A stretch of 64,000 bases of DNA, taken from assembly GCA_951406725.2 (NCBI GenBank), contig OX597815.1, positions 160,394,001 through 160,458,000 on the forward strand, read 5' to 3'. A program made the translations under genes and the position numbers. Shown here one piece after another: positions 52,500 to 64,000 of the stretch (its first letter is position 1; every line of letters begins with the position of its first letter). This DNA is from Octopus vulgaris (taxonomy: Eukaryota). Below the pieces are notes generated by a model that worked only from the letters and a program-made list of their open reading frames with translations, did no database searches and was not told where the DNA came from.

Positions 52500-53190
52500 G
52501 CCAACTTCAACAAATTCTATCTGATTCAGGCAAGCATGGAAAAGCGGACATTAAATAATGATGATGAGAATGACGATGATGATAATGACAACGATGATGA
52601 TGATTACAAAGATGATGATGATGACGATGATGACAATGATTACAACAATGATGATGATGACAATGACGGGGGTGACGATGATGATGACGATGATGATGAT
52701 GGTAACGGCAACAATGATGACGGTAATGGTGATGATGATGAGGACAATGATGACTGCTGATGATGGTAATGATGACGACGACGACGATGATGATGATGAC
52801 AATGATAATAATGATGACAATGATAACGACGATGATGATGATGACAGATGATGATGGTAACAGAGATGATGACAGATGATGAGGGTGACAGAGATGATGA
52901 CAAATGATGATGACGATGATGATGATGACGGTAACGACAACGATGATGAGTAATGATTATGACAGTGATGATGATGACGATGATGACTGCTGATGATGGC
53001 AACAATGACGACGACGGTGATGATGATGACAATGATGATAATGATGACAATGATAATGACGATGATGATGATGACAAAGATGATGACGATGATGACGATG
53101 ATGATGACAACAGTGATGACGATGATGATGATGATGGATGACTGACTGACTGACTGACTAAATGAATGAATGAATGAACGAATGACTGAA
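52500..53190 (+). repeat. RTE-type 3' end followed by a ~580-bp (GAT/GAC)n tract, then (GACT)n(GAAT)n
   Basis: AGCATGGAAAAGCGGACATTAAATAATGATG, followed by the expanded tail. Confidence 0.8.
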
Positions 53191-53974
53191 TGAGAAGGTT
53201 ATGAAGTTTTAAAGGAAAAGTACACTCAGTGCAAGGGGAGTGGAAGGAAAAACAAAAATGGAAGCACTGCATGAAACAAGGACAATCTCTGTTTCTTGTT
53301 TCTGTAAAGTTCAAACATTAGTGAAATGACAGAGGAGAGAAAACGAGAGGCAGAAACTTGTTTAATTATTAGATAAAGACAGATAAAGAAAATAACGAAG
53401 AAGACAAATTGTCGGGGGAGAAAAGAAAGCACAGCTGATTAGAAAGCAAAACAAAGTGTTGAGAAAAAGGATAGATTGGTGTGAAGAGCTTCTTGGAAAT
53501 TGCAAAGATTTAAATCGGTTTATAATTATGTTTGTCTGTTAATCAAAGCTAGACTGTTAATTAAGTGACTGTTTTGGGTTGGAAAGTATTGACTCGTCTC
53601 ATTTCGATTATAATTATAAGTATTGGCTGAGGTTGTAGTGAGAGTAGTAGACGGATAGCCATAATTATCGTTGTTGTTGTTGTAAATATTGTTTGTGATG
53701 GTACTGCAAAAAGATGGCTGCAGAAGCAGCAGCAGCAGATGGTGTTGCTGATGTTGTTGTTGTTGTTGTTGTTTGGTTGAAGAAAGGATGTTACAGAATA
53801 TGAATAAAGTTGAGACTGAGAGCAATTTTATTGGAGTCAATCAATTTGCACGGCAGAATGTTCGGTAAATATTTTTAAAAAGGAAGAACAAGCCTATATT
53901 CTTGCTTGTGGGTTGTGAATATAATCTTCATTCAAATAGTATGACCCTTTATATATTACATATATGTATGTGTG

Positions 53975-54022
<48 letters not shown>

Positions 54023-54181
54023 CACACAAACACATTTACCCATCAGAAAAGTTGAAGTGAGATTGCTCACTCTAAGTGATCTTTGATGCTTCTTACTACT
54101 TGGTGTAATTAGCCAGAACTTGGAATATACTTGAGAGCTCTTACAGTACTCACCTGGATATTTTATTCCTATATATTCATC

Positions 54182-54221
<40 letters not shown>

Positions 54222-54881
54222 TTGTGTGAGTGTGTATAGATAGATAGACACACACACACACCTATACATATGTATGTATATAATCATCGTCATCATTATG
54301 CGACTGGTACATAATTTATCAACCCCAAAAGGATGAAAAGCAAAGTTGACTCAGCAGAATTTGAACTCAGAACGTACCTGCTTCTCATAAAAGGTCGACT
54401 ATGCCTGGAATAAACCATTGTTCTTAAGTCACAATGCCAAAACCAAACAACATTCAGATCTGATGTGATGTTCTGTTTCTACAAAATAATTCTAGTTGTC
54501 AGATTGACCATTCCTTGGGATAGCAAGATGGCTTTGTACCTGAAAGAAAGCTCTCAAGTTTTAAGTTATGAGGACTTTAGAAAGTCACGTGAGATTTGAG
54601 GATGGTGGATCAAATGCACAACATTTGTGATTTAGTATTTTCTCATCTGTTTGACATCAACTGAAGTAGAAGATCAGTGATTATTAAACATCATCATAGG
54701 TTCCATACAAGCATATGCAGGGCTTCTAGAAAGGAAAAATAGAACTCAACCCCAGGCAATGGTAAAATGGAATAGCAGCTGTGTGTTATAGATGCGTGCA
54801 ATGACTTTGAATATTGCAGCAACTTGCATTTGGAGTTGCTAAAAGAGGGGAATTCTTTGTGGTTGAACTAAATACCTAGAC

Positions 54882-55493
54882 CAGTGGTTCCCAGCCTTTT
54901 CACAGTGGTTCCCAACCCTTATATTTAAATGTGTTTTCACATGGACCCCTTTTAATATGCTTATCCTTATGTATATATATATATATATATATATTTACTT
55001 GTTTCAGTCATTTGATTGTGGCCATGCTGGAGCACCACCTTTAGCCGAACAAATCGTCCCCAGGACTTATTCTTTGTAAGCCTAGTACTTATTCTATTGA
55101 TTGCTTTTGCTGAACCGCTAAGTTATGGGGATGTAAACACACCACCATCGGTTGTCAAGTGATGTTGTGGCAACAAACACAGACACACAAACATACATAT
55201 ATATATATATATATATTCGATGGGCTTCTTTTCAGTTTCCGTCTACCAAATCCACTCACAAGGCTTTGGTCGGCCTGAGGCTATAGTAGAAGACACTTGC
55301 CCAAGGTGCCATGTAGTGGGACTGAACCCAGAACCATGTGGTTGGTAAGCAAGCTACTTACCACACAGCCACTCCTATGCCTGTATATATATATATATAT
55401 ATATATATATGAATTTTTGATTTTAGTTCATGGACTCTTAGTACTACTTTGTGGACCACTAGGGATGCACAGATCCCCAGTTGGGAACCACTG
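54882..55493. mobile_element. hAT (Charlie-like) MITE with a nested SINE
   Basis: TIRs CAGTGGTTCCCA / TGGGAACCACTG. Perfect 8-bp TSD ACCTAGAC at 54874-54881 and 55494-55501. Confidence 0.9.
54995..55385 (-). mobile_element. SINE family A nested in the hAT MITE
   Basis: Full consensus, inserted in a (TA)n tract. Confidence 0.9.
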
Positions 55494-55669
55494 ACCTAGA
55501 CATTCTACTGTAGCACGAATATTGGTTGGCACTACCAAAGGAAAGAATACTAACAGAAGGTAACAAACTATAGTAATATCTAGTTATGAATATTTACATG
55601 TAGATTGCTGCTATTGATTATAAATAAATCAGTGAAGTGATGAAACAGTGAAAGCTTGATTGTGTGATA

Positions 55670-55980
55670 CAGGCATGATTGTGTGATACAAAACTTGCTT
55701 CCCAACCATGTGGCTTTGGGTTCAGTCCCACAGAATAGCACCTTGGACAAGTGTCTTCTTCTGTAGGAACCCACTCATGTGGCTTTGGTCAACTTGGATC
55801 ACTTAACTGGTGTTGGTTTGCTTATGCTCTGTAACTTAGCTGTACAGCAAAAGAGACTGATAGAATATGTACCAGACTTAAGACTAAAAAATAAGTACTG
55901 CGGTTGATTTGTTTGATTAAAATTTTTGACTAAAATTCTCAAAGGTAGTGCCACAATATTCTGAAACATGTAAAAGACAA
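55670..55980 (+). mobile_element. SINE family A (decayed)
   Basis: GGTTCAGTCCC head and GTAACTTAGC...AAAAGAGACTGATAGAATA. Confidence 0.7.
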
Positions 55981-57224
55981 AACATAAAGGAAGATACAAA
56001 TCATGTGCACAATTCAACAGCAACCAAAATGATGACATGTATTCATTCATGATATGTTTTGGCAGATTTGAATAGGAATATGCTGTTGTGTCTCATCACT
56101 GGAGAACAATTTCTCCTTTCAGAAAAATGTGTATTCATAGCACACTTGATTCATAACTAATAAAACTATAGGACATCTAGTGTTTCAACATAATTGTATC
56201 CCCTCAGTCAAAGCTATCTGAGACCAATTAATCTAACAAGAGATTCTCTTGTTTAAAATCTCATCTAACAAATCATTTGAAGATGCATTCTGTTATCTGC
56301 CAACCAATAATAAATTTTCACAAAACCAAATGATAGAGCTACTTCTTTTACTGCCCTATGGATATAGGAATTCAGTAAAATTGTGTGCAGACTGAAGTAG
56401 CATCCTTTTCCAGTGGTAAAGAGAGAGAAAATGAGGAAGGAAAATACAGACAGCAGAGTACATAATAAACTTCAAGAAGGCGACATGAGATTTAAACAAT
56501 GTGTAAAGGGGCTAATATAACCAATTAACTGTACTAAATAACAATTTCTACACAGAAATTCTTAAAAACTCATATACTCCCCCACCTGTCTCTCTCTCTC
56601 TCACACACACACCATATTTAAGTAAATATAAAGACAGCAATAGAAACAAATTTGTTGTGAATGTATTTAGTTTACCATTAAAGATTGTCAAACAACTTGA
56701 AAAATTGTTGAAAGGGAACTTTGGCTACTTAAAACATAGATGAAATTTTTACTTAAGTTGTTACTAAATTGTTACTTCTCAAAGGTTTCCTAGTACTTTT
56801 CTCTTAATAAAAGACAAACTTTCATTTTATAGGTTAACTAAGATAAAATATTCTGTTATATCTCTATCTTCTGCTTCTATTCAAGTTTAGGTTATAAAGC
56901 TAAATTTTTAAAAGTTCAAAGAAAAGAAGGCTGGGTTCCAAAACTTTGAAAACTCAAACTAACAAAAAGCATTAAAAATTAGAAAACTCAGAATACTAGA
57001 TTACATAATGCTGAAAGAAAGTCTGAATTTTGAGTTATTTAAATGAATGAGATAAACCATCTCAGAAGACATATTTGAAGTTTTAAAAGGGATTTTTTAG
57101 ATATTGTATTAAAATAACAAAGGCATGTGAAATATGGTGGATATAATTACTTAGAAAATAAATTGAAAGTGTATTGTAGAAATATGATACTGGACACACT
57201 GGTGTATGCGGGAGATTTGAAATA

Positions 57225-57490
57225 AGGACATCTACCTTCTCTTCGTCAACGCAGACCTCTCCAGTGGTAACACACCCTTCCATGTGGCCCAACCTGAACG
57301 CTAGAAACGGCAGCTGCTTTTCCCCTACTTTGACAAAGCGCTCACACGTCCAGCTCTGTTGGCTACCCTGATCAAAAAGGCCCAATGCTCCCCTGCCTGC
57401 ACATGTGTCACTCCTGCCCCTTCCTCTTCCGGTCAGCCCCAAGTTGCGGTCAGCTCCTCGGCTGCTGACATCATCCCACAGACACAAAAA
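57225..57490 (+). pseudogene. GC-rich island, possibly a CR1-group LINE ORF1 C-terminal fragment
   Basis: A plus-strand frame reads DIYLLFVNADLS... (compare the F(I/V)N.DL motif) with one stop, then a Pro/Ser-rich tail. Confidence 0.3.
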
Positions 57491-57767
57491 CAAAAACTTG
57501 GTTTATTTATCAAATATTTCTAATCTTGAAATTCTCTCATTATTGAATATTTTCCTTGATTTCCTCTCATTACAAACATAAACAAACTAAATGACTAAAA
57601 GTTTGAAGTTTATATATTAGTATGGTAATCCCCCACCATATCAAAGTTCACCTATTATGGTTTATTATTTAAGCTTATGTCAATTCTTTCATGGTGTCGT
57701 TTTGCATTTATTATAAAATAAATATATACAATTTAGGAAAATAATTTAAAAAATATATACAGTACAT

Positions 57768-57937
57768 AGGCATAGGAGTGGCTGTGTGGCAAGTAGCTTG
57801 CTTAAAAACCACATGGTTCCGGGTTCAGTCCCACTGCGTGGCACCTTGGGCAAGTGTCTTCTACTATAGCCTCAGGCCGACCAAAGCCTTGTGAGTGGAT
57901 TTGGTAGACGGAAACTGAAAGAAGCACGTTGTATATA

Positions 57938-58008
<71 letters not shown>

Positions 58009-58168
58009 ATGTTTGTGTGTCTGTGTTTGTCCCCCCAACATTGCTTGACAACTGATGCTGGTGTGTTTACGTCCCCGTAACTTAGCAGTTCGGTAAAAGA
58101 GACCAATAGAATAAGTACTAGGCTTACAAAGAATAAGTTCTGGGGTCGATTTGCTCAAAGAAAGGTGG
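57768..58168 (+). mobile_element. SINE family A (3' end replaced by a family B copy to about 58365)
   Basis: Near-consensus head and core. Confidence 0.9.
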
Positions 58169-59277
58169 CATGCATAGCAGAACCATTGACTCATCAGAGA
58201 AAAATGCTCAACAGAATTTCTTTGGATCTTTACATTCTAAGTTCAAATGCCACCAAGGTCAATACTGCCTTTCATTCTTGCAGGGTGGATAAAACAAAGT
58301 ACCATTCAATTAACTAATCTCCTACCTCTAAATTTTGCTAACCTTGCGTCAAAATTTGAAACAAGTATTTCATAGCAAAAACAGTGTAGATATAGGGAAA
58401 TAAGCCAGTGCGTAAATCTAGGTCTATCAAAATTTGTCCTTTTAATCAGAATTTAGATCTTTCAACAGTATGGAATTTGATATTTTGTGTCTAAAACTTT
58501 CGCTATTCTGATTGTATGGTTGTAGACATTTGGCCTTCTTCCTCTCAGACTTCTCATATTTGGCCTTATCATCAGCACCAATTTCATTTATATGATAATG
58601 TGGGAATTATTTTGAATTTGGAAATGCCTAGAAGATAATAAAAGCATCATAATAATAATTACTTTTGTTTTTAGATTGGTGGATTTGTAATTACTGAAGA
58701 ATAATGACCAAAGAATGGTCAAAGTAGTTCCAAACATAAACATTAAATGCTATTAAAATATCTATTTCCTTGCCGGCTCAGAATTTCATATCCTCATTGT
58801 TCCAACTAATTTTCAGGCAAAATTCTTTTATCAACAATACTGCTGATATATTTAATCAATTATACAACACAGCCAAGCAGTTTGTCATTAATTTTATAAT
58901 CATCATCATTTTCATATTGGCTTTTTCCTCATTATGTATTTTATTAGATGTACAGACAATACACTCTTCTTGGCAGAAGTTACATTGACTGCCTTGGGGT
59001 CCTAAGAAAGTATTAATTTGTAATATTAAGTTTGCAGTATCAAACCCAAATAACAAAAACTGTGTGAATGAAAAAAACATTTCATCACTTTACTGCAAGT
59101 AAGCATATTTCACAATATTTACTATTCCAATACTATGGGGAAATGTAGCTTTTAATTGTTTTAAGCATTTTTAGAGAAAAGCACAGTTGAATTTAAAATT
59201 GTTAACTAATATAAATAAGAATTTTATTCTGTTTCCATAGCATTAGATTTATTCCTCTACATATAACAAATCTACAG

Positions 59278-59676
59278 TTACTCTTTTGCTTGTTTCAGTC
59301 AGTTGACTGTAGCCATGCTGGAGCACTGCCTTTAGTCAAGCAAATCGACCCCAGGACTTATTCTTTGTAAGCCTAGTACTTATTCTATCAGTCTCTTTTG
59401 CCGAACTGCTAAGTTAGGGGGCATAAACACACCACCATCGGTTGTCAAGCGATGTTAGGGTGACAAATACAGACACACAAACAAATACACACATACATAC
59501 ATATATATATACAACGGGCTTCTTTCAGTTTCTGTCTACCAAATCCATTCACAAGGTTTTGATCAACCTGAGGCTATAGCAGAAGACACTTGCCCAAGGT
59601 GCCACGCAGTAGGGCTGAACCCACAACCATGTGATTGATAGGCAAACTACTTACCACACAGCTACTCCTACACCTA
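59278..59676 (-). mobile_element. SINE family A
   Basis: Reverse complement of the consensus. Confidence 0.9.
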
Positions 59677-60072
59677 TAGTAGGATAATTATTTTTATTAA
59701 AAGACTGTTAATCAAATTATAGTGTGCTGCTTCTGCATTGGTATTTACTTCAAGACAAAGAAGGCGCACAATACAAATGGGACACACTTCATTATACATA
59801 GATCTACGAAATCAGAGCTGAATAAGAGTTAAACAACAATACATACTTCAACTTAAGAATAATTAGAAATAAATTCTACTTTAAAAGTTCATACATGTTG
59901 AACCTACTTTGACAGAATTATATTAGAACTAGTTGCTATAAATGATTCTATATAAATTCACACTTGGATTTAATGATATGAATTAATGAAACACCTACTA
60001 ATTACAGAGTGAAATTGTTTCATACTATGAAGCTGTTTCATACAGGGAATACATTTTCATTGTGCCTATTTA

Positions 60073-61302
60073 CCAAGTCATCCCATAAGTAATGTCTGGA
60101 CTTCTATATTTTCAATTTGTAAATGCTTTACAGTATTTTAGAATGTCTAATGGCATCAAGTAATATTTATAGGTATTTGGACATATCTAAACTAATTAAA
60201 TTTCATTTTGCAGGATAATCTAATTGAAATTTTACTAATTATAGCTCTTCAAACATGGAAGTGTCTGAGGAACACTTGAGGTGCATAATGCTTTATGAAT
60301 TTTAAAAGGGGAACTTCACAGTTGAAGCAACTCGAAATATTCACTCAGCTTATGGAGCAGAATGCCTGAATGAAAGAACTTGCAGAAGATGGTTTGTAAA
60401 ATTCAGAAGTGGAGATTTCAGCCTTGAAGATGGGACCCAAACAGGATGTCCAATTGAGTTTGATGTCAAGATCCTTTTGGCAGAAGTTGAAAAAGTTCAT
60501 GTAGTTTCAGTTGAAGAATTGTCAAGCAAGCTTCGTTCAAGCCATACAACTGTTCACTACCATCTTCAACAGCTTGGGTTGAAATGGGTACCTTGTGTTG
60601 TGTTGGGTTGAAATGGGTACCTTGTGATTTGTCTGAAGCCAACCGCAAATCCCGAGTGGATATCTGCTCTTCTCTTCATTCTCCTGAACTCATCTTGCCC
60701 TGTTTGGACAGACGGGTGACCGATGATGAAAAATGGATCTTTTATCAAAATGTTGAGTGTCCTAGTCATTGCTTGGTGAAGGGGAAAAGGTACAACCACA
60801 ACCGAAAAGGGAACTCCATGCGAAGAAAGTACTTCTCTCTATTTGCTGAGATTGCAAAGTAGTCATCCACTTTGAGATGCTACCAACAATTAATACTCAA
60901 ATTTACTGTCAGCAATTAGAGCATTTGAACACTGCATTGGAGAAAAAAGGACTGCTTTAGTGAATTGAAAGGGAGTAATGTTTCATCGCTATAATGCAAG
61001 ACCCCAACACTGCAAGATCGAAGAAGTTGGCTGCTACCTTATTCACCAGACCTTGCTCCTTCAGATTACCCTTTGTTCCATAGTTTACAGAAAGAATAAT
61101 TTAGATCGATTGACTCTCAAAACTGCTCTTTCAAGAAGTCAAAACTGACCTTTCAGACTTCTTTTCAAAACCAAAAGTTTTTCACTGATGGGGTTAAAAG
61201 TTTGAGTAGATAGAAAGATGTCATAAATAACTATGGAAAATATATTGATGATCACTTGTTTTCCTTATTTAAAATCCAGATATTACTTATGGGATGACCT
61301 GA
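60073..61302 (+). mobile_element. Full-length decayed mariner transposon
   Basis: TA TSDs at 60071-72 and 61303-04. TIRs ..GTCATCCCATAAGTAATGTCTGGA / TCCAGATATTACTTATGGGATGAC. Transposase remnants MEVSEEHLRCIMLYEF*KGN (from 60255), KWVP, VTDDEKWIFYQN and YSPDLAPSDY, with many stops and frameshifts. Confidence 0.92.
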
Positions 61303-61489
61303 TACAACATTAAGTTGACTCAATTGTATTGACATGAAGAGGTGAAAGGGAAGCTTTTGCTTTTGTCTAGCCCTGACCAAGCAGACTATTGATCAAAGAC
61401 AATCTAACCACAACCATCACATCTTTTCAGATAAAGTTTATCTTTGACTTTTTATCCAATATGTTCTTCTGTTGGTAAAAGGGTAAAAG

Positions 61490-61832
61490 GATAAAGACCC
61501 TCTTTGGTCAAGAATGACCATAGGATTGCATGTTACCCTCTGAGGGACAAGTCTGGCAGAAGTTGTTTATGGAAGACCAGTTGCCATGCATGCCAGCCTC
61601 CCATTTCCACACAACCGATGTTATTCAAGGGAAACATGAAGACTGATACAGCTTAGCACCAGTGACATTGCAACTCATTTCTACAGCTGAGTGGACTGGA
61701 ACAACATGAATTAAAATGTCTTGCTCAAATAAAGAGACTTGTTCAAGAGCAAAACACACAGCCCAGACCAGGAATCAAACTCCCTACCTTGTGATTATGA
61801 GCCCGATGCTCTAACCACTGAGCCATGTGCCT
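61490..61832 (-). mobile_element. SINE family C (Meta-type core)
   Basis: Head GGCACATGGCTCAGTGGTTAGAGC on the minus strand. Confidence 0.8.
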
Positions 61833-62701
61833 ATATACACATGCATACATTTCATGCATTTGTATATGTACATAACCACACATGAATTTTCATATTGATC
61901 CTTTCCCACAGTTTTCCATCTCTATGCCTTGAATCTCTACCCACCTCATCCCACAGCCCCAAATCCACTCTACAAGAAAATATCCTCTATATCATCTTGA
62001 ACTTTTTGCCCCACTCCAAAAAGAATAACTCCAATGTATTAAAAAATAATTCACCCTTGGTTTTCTTTTGGGTGATTTTGTTCCATTCTTTCAACGATAA
62101 CATTAAGATGCACAGACTAGATGTGACACTTTTAGACTGCTAGTGGCAAAAAAACCATGCCATACAAATATTTCTCTCAGCCTTTTCTGGTGATTGCCAG
62201 GATCAATCAGTGTTTAATAAAATCAAAATGTGTTGCACAAAATAAAACACCAATGAAAAACACTTACAGCCAAAGACTTTTAATTAATTTCTGAAATAAT
62301 GAAGATCTTGGAAGAATTTAGTAAAATAACTAATTTTGTTTGTTATCAAAGAGGTGTTTGAAACATAACTTCACAAAAGATTTTACTATAAAATTATGGG
62401 AAGTTTTAATTTAAATATGAATTCTTTAAACTAAAGAAAGAGCTTTAGATCATAGAACAACAGGAAGTTTGAGGGAGATTTATGAAGAGAATAATCCAAA
62501 GGGTTTAAACAAATAGAGATTAATGCTATCATTCACTCTCACCATTAACATATTCTCTGTATCTTTCTTTTTATCACCACCAACACAACCATTACCACCA
62601 CCACCGCTGCCGCCGCCGCCACCAGCACCGCTGCCGCCACCACCACCACCACCACCATCATCATCATCGACATCATCATCAACGTTGTTGTTGATTACAT
62701 T

Positions 62702-62737
<36 letters not shown>

Positions 62738-62914
62738 TCAAAAGCAAAATGTAATTTGTTTTTTTTCCCCCATGCTAGCTGATATAGTAGATGAGCAATT
62801 ATTTCTAAAACTTATTTTGCTTTAATACTACTGTCACCAGTAGACTATTTTGGTTCCTTCAATTGTCATTATTGTACTTTCTGCTGTTGGTATTTTGTAA
62901 GCTAGAATCTTGTA

Positions 62915-63901
62915 CAAGGTGGTGTCAAAAGGTTCCAGAACAAGCTATGTTTAAAACAAATAACTTTTTTTTTACTTAAGTTTTGAAACAGTCACTTTGC
63001 TCGGCAATACACTAGTCCCAGCATTCCAGACACTTTTGGAATTATCATCATCATCATCATCATCGTTTAACATCCGCTTTTCGTGCTGGCCTGGAAATCA
63101 TTTTCCATATGTGAGTCTAGGACATTCTGCAATTTTCTCTGTATCTCAACAATGATGTTAAAACGGTGACCTTTGGGCTGCATTTTCATCTTGGGGGAAG
63201 AGATGAATGTCTGCAGGTGCTACATCTGGTGAATAAGGTAGGATCAGAAGCAATGAGAAACTCATGAGTGAGGAGAGCTCTGCGACAAGGCACATTGTTG
63301 CCATGAAGAATCCAATTCTTCATGCCACTCTGATCCCATCACTTTCATCAAATGTCCTCTCTCAAATGCTTCAAAGCGTTGCAATAGAATTTTTGATTGA
63401 TGGTCTGGCCTTGGGGAAAGAATTATTGATGCATAATTCCACATTTCTTGAGGTGACACTCATGGCAGGTCTTCCAGATCATTCTTTGTCTTCTAGGAAC
63501 ATTCTTTGACATTTGAAGCACCTATGCTTCTCAAAACATTGCATACAACCCATTGCCATATCACCATAAGCTTGCCAAAGCATGCTCAATGCTTCTGTAG
63601 CAGACTTCCCAAATTTAACACAAAATTTCACATTGGTTCTTTGTTCCTGTCTATGATAAAATCACAGACTACAGCATACACATGATCACATAAATACAAA
63701 TTTCACAACTTGTGAAGTAAATGCAGCAATGTCACTCAACTCACTGCTTCATGAAGTTCACTGTGAGCTTTCACTGTGAGCTTTCACTGTGAGCTTTCAC
63801 TGTGAGCTTTCACTGTGAGCTTTCACTGTGAACAAAACTGTGCGCTGCTATCTTTTGGTATACTACAGAACTAGTCCAGGAATTTCTTTGATACCACCTC
63901 A
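62915..63901 (-). mobile_element. Internally deleted mariner transposon (second family)
   Basis: TIRs TA|CAAGGTGGTGTCAAAAGGTTCC vs GGAATTTCTTTGATACCACCTC. Minus-strand remnants EQRTNVKFCVKFGKSATE...SGRP and YSPDVAPAD. A small RTE 3' fragment is inserted at about 63043-63090. Confidence 0.85.
63757..63831. repeat. 13-bp minisatellite (TTCACTGTGAGCT), 5 copies plus a partial copy
   Basis: Seen directly; lies inside the mariner 5' region. Confidence 0.95.
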
Positions 63902-64000
63902 CACACATTCTACCAGTATACGAAGTTTAAATGTGTTTAGTTACAAAGAAATTATTTAAAAAAATCTGCCGATCAAAGCGAAAAGATCATCAGTTATAAT

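Noticed and set aside
58440-58627. Minus-strand peptide ADDKAKYEKSERKK resembling the end of an HMG box
   Set aside because: An in-frame stop follows the acceptor closely and no other HMG residues are present.
63757-63831. Short regularly spaced repeats
   Set aside because: A head-to-tail 13-bp minisatellite without spacers.

Overview
This is AT-rich eukaryotic (metazoan) genomic DNA, not prokaryotic. The SINE families, the (AAT)n/(GAT)n/(TA)n microsatellite load and the TE mix point to a coleoid cephalopod, probably Octopus (inference from recognition, not from a search). No intact host protein-coding gene is visible; the window reads as intronic or intergenic. It contains: an apparently full-length RTE-clade LINE with an intact 1037-aa APE+RT ORF, a C4HC3 PHD-like finger inside the RT region and a tandem-repeat 3' UTR; a young 5'-truncated CR1-group LINE; decayed Penelope-like (GIY-YIG), R4/Dong, RTE, Helitron and mariner elements; hAT and piggyBac-type MITEs; and dozens of tRNA-derived SINEs. 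The most notable observation is a ~280-bp foldback element next to the Penelope remnant. Each arm carries a minimal type-I hammerhead ribozyme motif with a swapped G3-C8 core (GUGAACA instead of CUGANGA), one per strand. Most of the short ORFs in the supplied track are microsatellite or SINE artefacts. Boundaries of decayed repeats are approximate (read by eye).
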